64,000 bases of DNA, taken from positions 14,942,001-15,006,000 of the forward strand of contig NC_047064.1 in NCBI RefSeq assembly GCF_902459465.1, given 5' to 3'. The notes beneath the pieces were generated by a model, which worked only from the letters and a program-made list of their open reading frames with translations, searched no databases and was not told where the DNA came from. Position numbers and translations under genes: made by a program. This DNA is from Asterias rubens. Taxonomy: Eukaryota. Positions 37,401 to 52,400 of the stretch are shown here, one piece after another; the stretch's first letter is position 1, and every line of letters begins with the position of its first letter.

Positions 37401-40400
37401 ACTCTATCTTCTCTCTTAAGAAAACCAAACTTGTTTTCAAATTGGATCCGAACGGAATTCTTGGAAATAAAAACCTCTGTTGCTTGGACATATTGAACAA
37501 GACTTCTCAACTCATTTCTGTCTGGCATCTTTTCCATTAAATTTCTTCTCCGTTCTAGTATCTTTCCTGTGAGTTCTATCAACAAGTCAATAAGCCTTTT
37601 TGAGGTATGGCGGACAAGATACGCGCATGTAACACGCCGCGACTGATGCCACGCTCACCATGTTGGTGGTCATTAGGTTTACGTGAAAACGCCGCGTCGC
37701 CTAAAATGGGCACTTCACTGAATAACATATGTTCTATTTCTATGGTCAATATGCACAAATTTACCACAACTTTACAGTGTTGTAGCATTGTGTCTGCCAT
37801 ACCTCAAAAAGGCTTATGAAAGCGATTGAAGCTTTACTTTAATGGTGAATTAACAATTAGATGCATCAGCTTTGGATCAAAGACCTGTTTTTTTTATTGG
37901 GATTTTGTTTTGTTTTTCTTTTCTAGGGACCATCTGGACCCGCTGGACCCCCAGGACCTCAGGGACGTGGTGGTGATGATGTAAGTGTTTGTTTCAAATA
38001 GAAATAAGTTTTAATCGTTTCCTATTGTAAATGATAATGCTGGAAGAATTAAGACCCTCTACTCCATAAACCAGCAGGCATTTTGATCAGAGGAAATTGA
38101 ACAGAGGAACTATTTGATGACTTAAAAAATGTGCTCATTTATTTGAGTTAGATATAAAAAACCGTACTTAAAGAGGAACATAAAACTAAAGCATTATGGC
38201 TGAACAAACCGCATATAAGTGATTATTAATAAAGTATACTTGGGGATTTGATAGGGTGACGATGGCAAAGATGGAGCCCAAGGACCCTCTGGACCACCAG
38301 GAAGCACTGGACCAAGAGGTACCCCAGGCAGACCAGGATCAAGTGGCATGAAGGGACATGCTGGATTCCCAGGACTTCCAGGAATGAAGGGAGAGACAGG
38401 AAACAAGGGAGACCGTGGATCTGATGGTGCAACTGGCCCCTCTGGTGCCCCTGGTCTTCCAGGAGCCCAAGGTTCACAGGGAGAGAGAGGACGTAATGGA
38501 GCCCAAGGAGAGGCTGGCCCAGCTGGTTCTGATGGTTCCCCAGGATCCCAAGGACCTTCTGGCCCACCAGGACCATCCGGTGCCCCAGGAATGCCAGGAC
38601 CATCAGGAGCAAAGGGAGATGCTGGTTCCCAGGGAGGACGTGGACCACAGGGTCTTCAGGGTGTACGTGGTGAGCGTGGATCAGATGGTTCTTCAGGAGC
38701 CCCAGGAGCACCCGGTGCAGCAGGACGTGATGGCAGCGTTGGATCCAAGGGAGCAACTGGTGCCCCAGGACCCATGGGCGCACCCGGATTCCAAGGAGCT
38801 ACTGGAGCCCCAGGACTTCCAGGAGCAGTTGGAGCATCTGGAGCTAAGGGAGACCAAGGAGCACCTGGACCAAGTGGTGAGCGTGGAGAGAATGGACCAC
38901 CAGGACCCACCGGTGAGAGTGGACCACAAGGAAGCCCAGGAGAGTCTGGACAAGATGGAGCCAGAGTAAGAACTCATCACATTTGTTTTTCATGTATTGC
39001 CCCTGAATTTGATTATCTTTAGTGTTAGGTATATTGCTAAACTTCATTTGTGAAAATTCTTATCAAGCCTCTGGTGCATCTTTGGAAGCCATGAAAGGCC
39101 AATAATTATAAACATTCTTGTATTTTGATCAGTAGTTTCCCGCCCTCGAAATTGCACACAAACTTGTCATTCTTAAACTAGCGTCTAAGTTATCACAATC
39201 ATTGTTCTTTCCAGCAAAAAGATTTATTAATTTGAGCATCCAATTTACCTTGTAGGACCCTTGTAAAATTTGAGTTTTGAAAGTATCATTTTTGAATCTT
39301 TGTAAAATCAGAGTATTGTTAGTTTTAAATGATTGTTTTTCTTTTCCTCAGGGTTCCCGTGGATCCCCTGGACCAACTGGACCAATTGGTGCCCCTGGCG
39401 AGCGTGTAAGTAACTTTTAATCCATCACCCAAGTCTAAACAAGTTAAGGGTTTAACTAAGAGTATATGACTGGAGCTGGACTTAAATCTGTGATCCCCGG
39501 ACTAACTTGCTGGCGCTGTACAAATTGAGCTATCTAGCCCCAAGGTTGGCAGTCTGTTTGGGGTACCATTCAAAAACCATTTAATCTTTAACTGCTATGT
39601 AGCCGGGGATCAATCCCAAGTTTAAGATAAAACCTGGGAAGCAATGAGGTGTGTGTATGTGTTTGTTTGGTTTTGTTTCTGTTCTGGAATTTACATTTGC
39701 TTGTCTTCATTTTTTCCAGGGATCAATCGGACCAATTGGAGCCCCAGGACCTGCTGGACCACAGGGAGCTAAGGTAGGTCTTGTTTATAACATGAGTAAT
39801 TTGAAATTGTTTAAATTTTATATTCCTAAAGATCTTGTAAATATGTAATAAATAATAAATGATATGAATATTTATAATGCGCCGGTATCCATCACACAAG
39901 ATGCTCATGGCGCAAACTGGAAAATTAATAGAAAGAGAAAAGTATAGTAAATACAAAGCTACTACAAGAACCAAAAGAAGAAGATTTGCTGAGTAACCCA
40001 ACTTAGAAACGTTAACGGTGTTGAAATCATGAAGTAAATGGTGCAGATTCTAAAATAATTCTTTATTTTGTATTGTTTAGGGAAACACTGGAGAGCGTGG
40101 AGCCAGAGGAGAGCAAGGACAGAAGGGATCCGAGGTAAGTCCAGAATGAACAAAAAGTCTTGAAAAATGTAAAGAGTAAGAAAGATAATAACTCATGGAG
40201 TATCATTGCCGGGTGTTCTATGCACCCGACTCCAGCTCTGGGATTTCAGAGAGGGTTTTCTTTTTTCAGAGCTCTGGGTTTCCAGCAAGATGTGGATTTG
40301 AGTCCCGGTTGTAACACTTAACCTAACACTTAATGCTTCATCCTTTGGATTGGACATAAAGCTGTTGGTTCTGTTGGTCCCGTGTGTTGTGTAATGCACG

Positions 40401-43400
40401 TACAAGAACCCAGTTACACTTTTCAAGAAGGGTTTTGCGCGAGTATTTCTTGCAGTGGCTGCTGAACTAATGCACCCTCTGAGACGCTTTTGGATGAAGT
40501 GCTCTAAAGAACAATAATAATAATTGCATCTCGCTTCAAAGATGACAGTAAATACATACCTCAAAAATGAAAATAATACTTTGGGGATCTTGTGAGACAT
40601 TTGATATTTGCGATCGTGGAAGTTAATAATATCTTTGATTTTTGTCTCGATGCTTACATCTTGAGGATGCTGTGATGGCCTCATCTGAGGAGAGAACAAA
40701 ATGGAGGGAACTTTGCCATCTTATTCATGTTAAATTCTTTGTTCTTTCTTGTAATAGGGAGAGCCAGGACGTGCAGGAGAGCCAGGAATACCAGGATCAC
40801 GTGTAAGTTTTTTATCAAAGTTCTGGAAAAGTATTTGTTGAAGAACCAAGCCATGTCCAAATTGCACATCCTTTTGGCTGTGGCTAACAGTAACTGTCAG
40901 GATCCAAAGAAAAAGTCATCAGTTGGTGCACAGCCTCACTATTGGATTCAATTTTGTGGTCTGACTCTGCATTTGAAACTTGTTGATCACAATTTATTGA
41001 CAACAACAAATTCAGGAAAGTAGGACAATTATTGACAAGTATAAGTTTCGTCTGAACGACTTACTAGTATATCACTTTATTATTAAAAAAAATTCTTTAA
41101 TGACAAAATAATATTCAATCTGAAAAGTTTCACACGTTCATGTTTCCAAGACAGAAGACAACTATGCTGTTGAAGTTCACAGAATCCTGTTTTGACAGAA
41201 TGCTATCTTCAAATTGAAAATCATTTTCAAATTTGTCTGTTTTTTGTTTACTTTGTAGGGATTGACCGGAGCCCCAGGCAAAGAGGGACGTGATGGAAAG
41301 CCAGGACCAGCTGTAAGTATTTCTCCTCCACTCTCTGTGTCTCCGTTAAGGCGCGGTCACACAGGCCTCGATAATGAGAACGAAAACAAGAATCTTAACA
41401 CAGACGCCCTTGATTGGTTGAATGAGCGTGGGGGGTATTCTGCGTGGAGCAATTCAACCAAAAGAATGCATCATCTTCGCGTCATGATCGTTATCGTTTT
41501 CTTTATCGCTGCAGTGTTTCTTCGGCTTTTACTCGAGGAAGTTGATTCCTGACTTCTAAAGATGCCATTTGTATGATTAATAAGAAGGCCTTGGATGAGT
41601 GCATTCTGCTTAAATGTGATAATTACCTCCATTTTTCTCTTTCTCATCAACAGGGACCATCTGGTGATGACGGTCGCCCAGGTAACCAAGGAGCTCAGGT
41701 AAAACAAAAATCTAGTCTTGTCTAAGCCAAGCATTTTTATTAAATGCTCTCTTGTTTGAAAATTTAAGAAATTACTCCGCGGTAACACAGTTAATCACGA
41801 TCCTATAAGCTAAAGTAGTAGTCCCAGCCTATTTTCTATACCATCCACCCGGGTAATAGTTAATAAGCAGGATAGTTCTTTTCAGAACTGAGAAGTCTCC
41901 CGAACCCCCAAATTGATAAAACAGTATGATCTGTGGGAGTAAGGTGTTGCTAGTTTAAGTGAGATACATTTCTTGAAAACTAAGTTTTATCATGGGTCTA
42001 CAACAAGTTGAATGAATGCCCATTTCTAAAATTAACTTTTTGTGTTTTATTTCTTTTCCAGGGAGCTCGTGGACTCCCAGGAATGCAAGGACTACCAGGA
42101 GCCCCAGGAGCAACTGTAAGTCGGCCATCTTTTCCGTTTTTGAGATCTTCTATTATGTGTTATTCCACCAGGTCATTTAAAGATAATTAACAAATGCATT
42201 TTTAAGCTTGTGTATTGTTGTTTGATTATGCTTTCTCAGTTTTCTACCTTTTATTTTAAGCTGGAAAGGTTGACTTTCAAATGTCAATGTTTAAAAAATT
42301 GATTACTTAATCCAGTTTTTTGTGTTTGACTTCCTAAAGGGTGACCGAGGAGCTGATGGTGCCCCAGGACCATCCGGTGCTCAGGGAGCTGCAGTAAGTA
42401 TTAAAACCCTCTTCCCCATTCCAATCCTAAATTGCAATTCCTCCTCCATCTTTATTTTAGAGATATACTGGCGTCCTTCACATGCCCCCAAGGCAAAGTA
42501 TATACCATTGGTTTTAGGAGCCATCCGATAGTTATAACCCTATTCAAATGTTGATAATATGTGCAAAAAAACTTTGTAGGGTTTTTGAGATATTTACCCA
42601 AAAATCTGGAGTGGTTTTTTACTTCCAGGAAGAATGATCCATAATTGGAATACACAATCTGTTTCTGCGTGAAACGCTTCTCAGGTTCAAAATTTGCTGA
42701 ATCCCTTTCTCTAACATTCCTTGGAAGGAAATCAGTTCTCAAATTGATAAACATTATCAACAGTTGCAGTGCTTCTTACCAAGTTAGATTTTATATATTT
42801 TTTTTAGTGGAGTAATTATTACAGGTATATCCTCCCTCTAAAACATAGAAGGCTTACACTGACCCCCCCCCTCCTAAAAAAAAAACCCAAAACACCAAGT
42901 TGACAAGATGCTTTGCAAGCCATACATGGATGTAGAATTTTTTTTAATTATTAAGATGGAGGAATTATCACTGTTTTGTTTTATGTGAATTCCACAGGGT
43001 GAGGCTGGAAAACAAGGAAATGCTGGACCCCCAGGACCCTCTGGAAGCCCAGGATCTCAAGGAGAGCGTGGACCATCTGGACCCCAGGGAGCCGGTGGAC
43101 CAATGGTAGGTATAACTTACTCCCAACAGCAGTCGCGGAATACTTAATGATAGGTTCGATAGGATGGAACAAATATGTACCTGAGTTTTACTTCATAAGA
43201 TGCGGATTGCTATAAAGGAAATTAATGGGTCGCAATAACCAATCTACAAGGTATATTTTTTTGATTGGTAAAAACACAAGTACAAATGTGAGTTTCCCTT
43301 CAAATTTTGGCCCAAAGAGGCCTTCTTTTTCAGATAAGAAGCCATTAAAGAATGGCATCCACATTTGAATGACATGACCCTTTCGTTATTGTGCATAATA

Positions 43401-46400
43401 GCACTCCACAATGCTACAAATAGAAGCTAAATACTTGAACCACGGACGGTGTATAACTTAAGCCAATCTTGTGTTTTTTTTTCTTTCGATAGGGACCCCC
43501 AGGACCAAGCGGACCCGTTGGTGAGGTTGGACCTGCTGGAGATGTTGGACCACCTGGTGAATCTGGACCCTCTGGACCAATGGGACCACGTGTAAGTTAC
43601 CACTTAAGAAGTTACCACTTTGTTTAATTCCAATATTTAAAATGAGACAGAAAATTTTTCCTAAACCGTTACCTGTCACTGAAGTGTAAGTTGGTAAACT
43701 GGTCATGCTGTAAATTAAAAAGTCATTTTTGTTTAGAAGATATGTTGTTGGATTGATTTAATATTCTGCTTCTTTGTTTGCTGCGAGTGCCATTGATGAG
43801 CCCAAATTGTGTTTCCTCTTTTTAAATACTATGCAAAGACTACTCTAAAATATAGGTGTCAGCTTAGCAACTTCAGATGGCGACATCTTGTTGTTTCCAG
43901 TTTCATTTCACTTCATAACTTTGTAGTCTTCACCATGTCAAGTCTTTTTCACAGTACCTCCCCTTCTTCCCCATCCAGTAATTGTAAAACTAGCCTTTTG
44001 TTAAACAGACTGTTTTCTTTTGTCTTTGCGTAGGGCGAGCGTGGATCTGGTGGTGAGCGTGGACCCGCTGGACCCTCAGGTCTTCCAGGAAAGCGTGGAA
44101 CAGCTGGACGCAGTGGATCTGATGGAAACAAGGTAGGACTAGTCTTATTCATCAATCTATAAAAATCCTGAAACAAGCTCTGTTCTAGGTGCTTTATAAT
44201 TGTTCACTGAAGCCGATTTCACAAAGATCTAAGATTGATCTGAACTGCAAATCAGTCGTGTGATGTCACAACACAAATCACTATGGTAATACTGACAATT
44301 TTGTCTTGCGATGAATTTAATTGCTTTGTGAAATCGGCTCAGATCTCAATAACAAGAGCTCTTTAATGGTGTCGATAATGGGCCCCTTTTGTTACATTTT
44401 TTTCAAACACATAACTTTGCGTTATGCGTAAATACAGTGTGCAGCATGTGAGTTTTCAAAAGTCTCTCGTGATTGGTCTGACAACCACTTCTGCGTAGAA
44501 AATGTTGAGCTCTACATGCAGCTCAAAGCCAACATATAATAATAATAACAATAATAATAATAATATGACTTGTAATGCGCACATACATGTACATTATCCA
44601 CCCTGCTGGGTGTTCAAAGATGATGCCTATCTAAGAAATGTCATGGGAATCGCAGTTTTATGTGACCTTACTAAAGTCGTTTTTAATTATTTTCATTGTA
44701 ACAGGGAGAGCCAGGACAGAAGGGAGATGCTGGAATTCAGGGACCATCTGGCCCACAGGTAAATATTCAATTATTCTGTGTTTTAATTTCTTTTCATTTA
44801 TTTAAACAAATAACAATTTTAAATTTTAAACATGAAACAAGGTGTGATCTCCAAAATTTGCAAGAAAACCTACTTTTATTGATCGGTTAAAGAAAACAAT
44901 TATTACAAATTTGTGATATTGATAAACTATTCATTTTGCTTGCAGGGAGCCCCAGGTGAGCGTGGACCCGCTGGACCATCAGGACCTGCTGGACCAGTTG
45001 TAAGTCATTTTGTTCATGAAATTCATAAAGTTCTAATAATTATTTCTGAAGATTACTCTTAATCAACTTTTTTTTTTGATACTACGAAAGTGGGCCAATG
45101 TTGTATACAGCAGTTATTTTTTCTAATAAAGGAAACTTTGGTGTCATCAACCGCACCAGGTAAAAGAATCAAATGATGAAAATCTGAAAAATTTGCAAGG
45201 TACTAATTAAAAAGGTCTCCTAGTTCAAACCTTGTTAAAATGTTCCACATTGCTCACCCTGCACACCTTATTGGTAGATATGTGCACTATAAACGACTTC
45301 ATTATTCTTATAAACAATTGTGTCATAAGAGAAAAACTAATAAATAATCCTTTTATTTTCAGGGATCTGTTGGACCATCTGGAGCCCCAGGACCATCTGG
45401 ATCTGATGGCGCTACTGTAAGTAATATTTAGTTTCTTTCATCTCACATTTTCGGTATTTTGGTGGAGGTCATCAAATACTGAATTTTTTTTGTTTGTTCA
45501 ACTGCTCTTGTCAAAACAATTGTGTCTATTTGGACATTAAAATGGATTTGCAAATTGCATTGTTTGACTCAAAATTACGAATTTGTGTTTATATGAATGG
45601 AAAATGAATATGGAAATCAGATTAAACTGAGAAGCTTTGTTGTTTGTGTAATCTGTTGCTTGTAGAATTTGATAACAGTTAGGTATGAGTTTACCAAACA
45701 ACTTTTCCTGTCGCTTCAGTTTTGTTGTATCTTAATTATTCTGATTTTGATTCGTTTTACAGGGACCCATTGGACCTATTGGACCATCTGGAGCTATTGG
45801 CATGCCAGGAGCCCCAGTAAGTAACACTTTACATTAAGTTGTAAACGATGTGACCTATGTTTACAATCAAACCGCCCTCTGTCGACAAAACACTGTACAC
45901 GTCATGTTTCGCCGGACAAAAAGACGCGTAGTCATGGTAAAATTGCGCGTACTTTCTAGCTGGCTGCCGTAACACAAAGGTTTTGCCCAGTGGTATGTGC
46001 GCAAATCCTATTCTGGTTTTCGAGTGACGTCCGAGGTCACATCGTCTATAGTCCGGTCCTTCAGAACATCAGAACATCAGAAGATAAAAACAAGCATATA
46101 CCTTTGGTCTTCGGATCCTGTACAGATAGATATATACAAGAAAGTAGCCTGTGAAAATTTCATTTCAAAAGGTGGTTGCGCTTTGAGATATCAATCCAGA
46201 GTGATTATGTCCACGCAGTAAGAATAATCCATAATTAAAATACACAATCTGAAAAATGTTTGTGACGGAAACATTCCTCGTATTCAAATATTTTTCCGTA
46301 ACCACATATCAATGATATACTTTATAGTATCAAAAACTTCTGTACTTCTAACCACGTAAACTTGCCAATTTAAACCTTCTTCCCTTCAAGATAAAACATA

Positions 46401-49400
46401 TTTCATTTTTGTTCTTTGAGATTGATAAAATGTTCCAGCTTAAAACTTAATCTTGTTTTTTTCTCCATTTTTTAGGGAGATGCCGGAGAACCAGGACCAT
46501 CAGGTGCTACTGGACCACGAGGAGACACTGTAAGTTTTTGATTTCTTGTCTACTCTTTCCTTTAGAAATAGAAATATTCTTACAGCAAAGAGTTCAGTTT
46601 CTTAGTCGTGGACTATTTCTTCAGGAGAAAATGCCCCAAAACGAAGAGGAGTTGAATCAAGAACTGTAGCTAAAGATTTTACAGATTTGCCACCTCCTAT
46701 ATTCAATTCACTTAAAAAAAAAAAAGGATGATAAAAGTTAACACTTACCTTTTTGAAACTGATTTTGATTGATTGATTGATTGATGAGTTTTTGGGTTTG
46801 TTATTATTTATTTTGGAAAAGCTCAACCATTAATTATGTTTTGTTTTTTTTAAATGCAGGGAGAGCAAGGAGCATCTGGACCCCCAGGACCACAAGGTTT
46901 CGCTGGCGCCACTGTAAGTTTTGGTTACTTTAAAAAACAATTTCTTAAATTAATTAAATACATTTGTTATTTTATAATTTGTTGTTTTCTTAATTCTAAG
47001 TACCAGAAGTTTCCTCTACATAATTAAAAAAACACATTATCAAAAGTGAGTTTTTGAAGCTGTCATTGGAGGTTTTTGTTTGTTTTTTGTATAGTTACGT
47101 TTTCATAATTCTTGATAAGTACGAGAAATTTCCTCTAAAATATAAGTATTCTTACGAGGATTTTTGTTATATTAATTTTTGGTTTTTACCCATATACTAC
47201 AATGTGGATTGTTGTTGTTGCAAACTGAGCCGCAACTGGATGTTTTTTATTTTGTTTGTTTGACAGGGCCGCCCAGGAATCCAGGGACAACGCGGAGAGA
47301 ATGGACCATCTGGAGATAGAGGAGAGTCTGGACCAGCTGGACCAACTGGAGCCCCAGGTGATGCCGGAGCCCCAGTAAGTAGCCAGGGTGTCTTGGCCAC
47401 CTTAACATGCTTGACCAACAGATTTATAATAAATTGAACATGCATATTGAACACAATCGACGTTAAATTTGCATCGGGGATAAACAATATTAATTTTGGT
47501 TTTTACCCATACTTCGATGTGTGTTAGCACTGTATACTCAGTACTTTCCCCCGAGTCCTGTGAAAAAATATCACCGGCATATTACTCGGCTGGGATTCAA
47601 ATCCACGACACTTGAACACATTATCAATATGCGAGCAAAAATTTGAAAAGGAAGCAGCAAGAATACAATTAATTATGTTTGAAATCAGGTTGGCTTAGCT
47701 GTTTCTTTCTTTGTCTTTCAACTTCTGTGGAACCAGGATCAAATATCGCCAGAGCCTTTGCATCTTGAATGGGTTTTCAGTCTCTTGTTTTTTTTAGATT
47801 GAACAAAACTAAAACTGAACATTTCTTTGGGGTCCCCTATTATAATTAGCCTTGTTATTTACGCTTTGCTGGTGGATGTACAACAAAGCAAGTATAATTT
47901 TAGTTTTGCATCAAGGATAATTTTTTTTATTACCCTAACACCTATGTGTACTAAGCACTGTATACTCAGAGTTCTGTAGAATAAACCCACAAGCAGATAT
48001 GCTGTTAAAGACCCTGGACACTATTTGTAATTGTCAAAGACCAGCCTTCTCACTTGCTGTATCTCAACATATGTATAAAATAACAAACAAATACAAATTT
48101 GAGCTCGATTGGTCGTTGGATTTGTGAGATAATAATGAAAGAAAAAACACCCTTGTCACACGAAGTTGTGTGCTTTCAGATGCTTGATTTCGAGACCTCA
48201 AATTCTAAATCTGAGGTCTCAAAATCAAATTCGTGGAAAATTACTTCTTTCTCAAAAACTATGTCACTTCAGAGGGAGCCGTTTCTCACAATGTTTTATA
48301 CTATCAACCTCTCCCCATTACTCGTTACCAAGGAAGGTTTTATGCTCATAATTATTTTGAGTAATTACCAATAGTGTCCACTGCCTTTAACTTCATATAA
48401 AATCTGCTCAAAATCGACAACTCATGGTTAATAATTTGTTTGGTGCTAACTGTAAGTGTTTGATTGTTTACAGGGACCCGCTGGAGCAGTTGGCGCCCCA
48501 GGAGACCGTGGAGAGTCTGGACCACAGGTAAGCTCAAAGACAATGCTAAGCATCAGTTGCCTTAAATACATCAATTTAAATAATATTTGTGCTATTTTTT
48601 TGTGATGATATTTCATTTGTTTGGAAAACTGAAATCATGGTGTAGGATTGCTTTTATGCTGGCATTTTGTGATTATATATTTCCTTTTTTTGGAAAACTT
48701 TGAAATTAAGATGTAGGATTGGTTAACATTTATCCTAGTATTTTGTGAGGATACTTCACTTGTTGTGAAAAATGAAATCATGTGTTGTTTATCTGGAAGT
48801 TCTTTTGTCTATAATTATTATCGCTGGTTGCAACAAGCGTTGGAAAAGTACCAAAAACATTGCTTTTGATCGGACTGTTTTCTTTGAAAATATGAGATCC
48901 CCTCAAACTGTTATGCTTAGTTTCTTTAAAGCTTAACAAGTAGCTGATGAAAATTAGTTTTCTTATAGGAATAAATCAGTAGCATAACGCCAATGAAAAT
49001 ATTGTAGGATATGATTATGATGAATTCTTCAATTGTTTTTCTATTTGTTTTAGGGATCTCAAGGACCATCTGGACCCATGGGACCAGTTGGAGCACCAGG
49101 ACTTGCTGTGAGTATTTTTTGATCATTTTAAGGATAAAAGTATTTGAAATGATGGGACCAACTTTGGGGTATTTCAACTGTTGGAACAAACTTTAGTTGC
49201 AGGTATTCTGGATTCAATCAAATGTTTACCACTTTAAATGTTAATGTTGCGATGAATTCAAATTGCGGATATTTCAAATGTTTTGTGTGAACAAATTTCA
49301 TTTGTAGGTGGTTTGGGTTCAAATATCATCTTGAGTACTTTAAATGTTGGGATGATATAAAGAGTTGGATATTTCAAATGTGGGGGGGGGGGGGGGCGTT

Positions 49401-52400
49401 AAATTTGTTTGAGTATTTCAAATATTGAAGTAAGATCGAGGTTGCAGGTATTTAAAATGTTGAAACAAAAAAATTGTTATGAAGTTTGACTAATGGTTGT
49501 TTTTGTTTTATTTTAGGGACCAACTGGACCAGCCGGACCCTCTGGCCCATCTGGAAATGACGGACCACCAGTAAGTGACATTACTCTTATCTTGTCTGTA
49601 ATTTTAAAACATAACTTGGATCTAGATAAAAAAAAGAAGAAGATTATTCAGCTCTGCTAATCTGTCGTCAGTCAACTATATTAAGCCATGTTTCATTGAC
49701 ACTACGAGCAATCTACAAAACATTTAATTGTAAGATGACATTATGCTTGCCTATGACTACAGCAAGCTAGTCAAAACTTCAAGACCCAAAAATAATTCAC
49801 CCCATGCTAGTTTTGTTAACAAAGAGAAGTTCTCTTAATCCGCCAAGTGAAATAAGTAGTTCAGGCCGACTTCCTACCTTCCACCCAGATAGTAGTTTAT
49901 AAGCAGAACAGTTCTTTTCAGAACTAAGTAGTCTGTAGAATTCTGATATCTACTCCGCGGCAGTAGATTCAAAAGCAAGACTTAGCTCCCAAAACAAAAC
50001 TACATGGCAAAGTAGATATACACACGTGGTACATGTATGACTGCAAACCAAGTATACATTAATAGCTCACCATGCAACACCTCAATATATTCTTGAGCTG
50101 TCACTAAGTTTATCTAACTTTTTAACAACTATATAGGGAGCCCGCGGAGAATCTGGTTCCCCAGGCCGCTCTGGAGACCAAGGAGTTCAGGGACTTCCCG
50201 GACCATCTGGAGAGAAGGGAGACCGTGGAGATGATGGTGATGTTGTAAGTTTACTATCCATCTATCTAAAGACCCCTTTCAATACGCGCAGCGTACTCAC
50301 ATGTGCCTATCCTGGGTGTCATTTTGGGTGTCAATATCATATACAAACATGCACAAAAGAGAGTTGACACCCAAAATTACGCGCATGGTTCTGAGGCTCA
50401 TTCTGTAATGTGTAAGAAATCAAGAGCTCCCCCTTGCATAACGAGAAACGCTAGAGGTGCTGAGGTCACTCGCACGTTTTTACGCACAGAGAACAGCTAT
50501 TGTCCAATGATCTGCCTCTTTTTTCAGGTGCGACTTGATAGGCAATGGTTCTATCTTCCTTCAAGTACAGATTCTCTTGTACGCTTGGAGACTCCCGAGT
50601 AATGACATACTAAGTGGGTTGCAAAGGGTCCTCGGACTGTTCTCATACAACAGGCATCTTTCGTGCTGAATAATCAAGCACAAAGTCATACATGGGTAGG
50701 GTTTAAAAGATGCTGACGTCCTCTGTATGTCAGATGTTGAATTGAAGTGAGGATAGTTAGAAGATTCTTAGGAGACCTCAAGGGTCTGAGCAACTTAACT
50801 GGCGATTGTTCTGGCCACCGATTACATGAAACTGCTTAAGCTCAAAAAGTACAACAAAGTTATTCTTATCAGATTAAGTTTATCAGCCAAAGAACAATTC
50901 CACATATACCATCTGTGACTGGTATACAGCTCTTTTTTTTACTCAGCATAAAATTTTAAAGCGTATTTTCTGCTTAAGCAGCTCTATGAATTTGCACCGT
51001 TCAATTCCTTTGTGTACATTTGGATTCCCAAAATGCCGGACATGATAGGTGCATGCAAGTTCACTGCAAGTCATGCAATTTTCCATCCAATCTTAACAAT
51101 TGAAAACATGCAGTTCTCTATTGATGTTGTTTGTAGATTTATTTTAAATAAATCAACTTATCCTTTTGTTTTACTATTGTTTTAATTCTTGTTTCAATCC
51201 AGGGATCTGCTGGACCCCCAGGACCACCAGGACCTGCTGGACAAATCGGAAACCTTGTAAGTGAAAAAGCAAACCAGATATTGATATTGTTTTTGATTTT
51301 CTAACAAATATTTTCTGGTATTTTATGAGAAAAAAACATTATTTGGATTACATGATAAATTTGATAAAAATGGTTTATGAATACTCAAGAAAACAAAAGT
51401 GGCTATGATACAAGAAAGCAAAGTAATTATGATATCTATTTGAGGACGGTCATGCATTGTCCAGCAAAACTTACATTATTTTTGACTGTATTGATTTTCT
51501 TGCCTCTTTCTTCAATGGAATACTTCAATTGTGTCTCTTTTTCGTTCTCCTAGGGAATCAACGGACCACCAGGACCACGTGGAGGCTCCGGCCCAGCTGG
51601 TATCAATGTAAGTATTTATTGCAATCTCAGAAGTGAAGTAGCCTTCTTTTGTTGCTGGGTGACGTGGACTGACATGTTGTACTTTACAAAATGTGGGGGT
51701 CGAATCCTAGCCTGGTCAATTGCTACACTGTAACATTCATTCATTCATTCATTCATTCATTCATGGTTTAAACATTCAAATTAATTAATGGCAGACAAAG
51801 GCTGAATTGCGGACATTTTGTACATCAAGTGAAAAGATAACAAGAAAGCTAGTCAAAAATGCAGACAAGAAAAAAAACCCAGTAAAATTCACAAGGCACA
51901 AATGAAGAGAGAACACTTGTGTCACTTGCAACACACTTTGCATAGTTGCTTCCCTCCACCCCATGAGTTCAAATGGGTACCGGCGAGAGTTAGCAGGCGG
52001 AATAGCAATATTCTAAGTTGTTTAATGCTATTTAAACCTGATATAAACGGCAGCCTGATGAGTCTTATTGGCTCGGAACAGACTTAACTTTGTCTTTTGT
52101 TTGCCTTACCTTGTGCATCTGGGGTAAAGCACTGATTTTGTCCAGAGTTTTGTTTATGTATGTTGTCAGCGCGTTGAGTATTTTTGATGTTGGATCTGAG
52201 CTCGTTTTACTTGTGAAATTTCAGGGAGAGGCTGGACGCTCAGGAAATGATGGAGCACCAGGAGAGCGTGGAGCTCCAGGAGCACCAGGACCTGCTGGCA
52301 TTGCTGGACCATCTGGAGATGCTGGACCAGAGGTGAGTCATCAAGTCTTGGAAACTTTACAAGGAATTAACTTGGCGTTTTCCTCTTAAATGTTCTTCGT

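Noticed and set aside
38194-39047. Long alternative-frame and antisense ORFs over the 711-nt exon (38415-38969 +, 38226-38783 - and others)
   Set aside because: These are shadows of repetitive GGA-CCN collagen codons, which lack stops in other frames; there is no independent signal.
39470-39545. tRNA-like sequence on the minus strand (also at 7614-7700 and about 51660-51715)
   Set aside because: Box A/B remnants without a complete cloverleaf; these are SINE heads, not tRNA genes.
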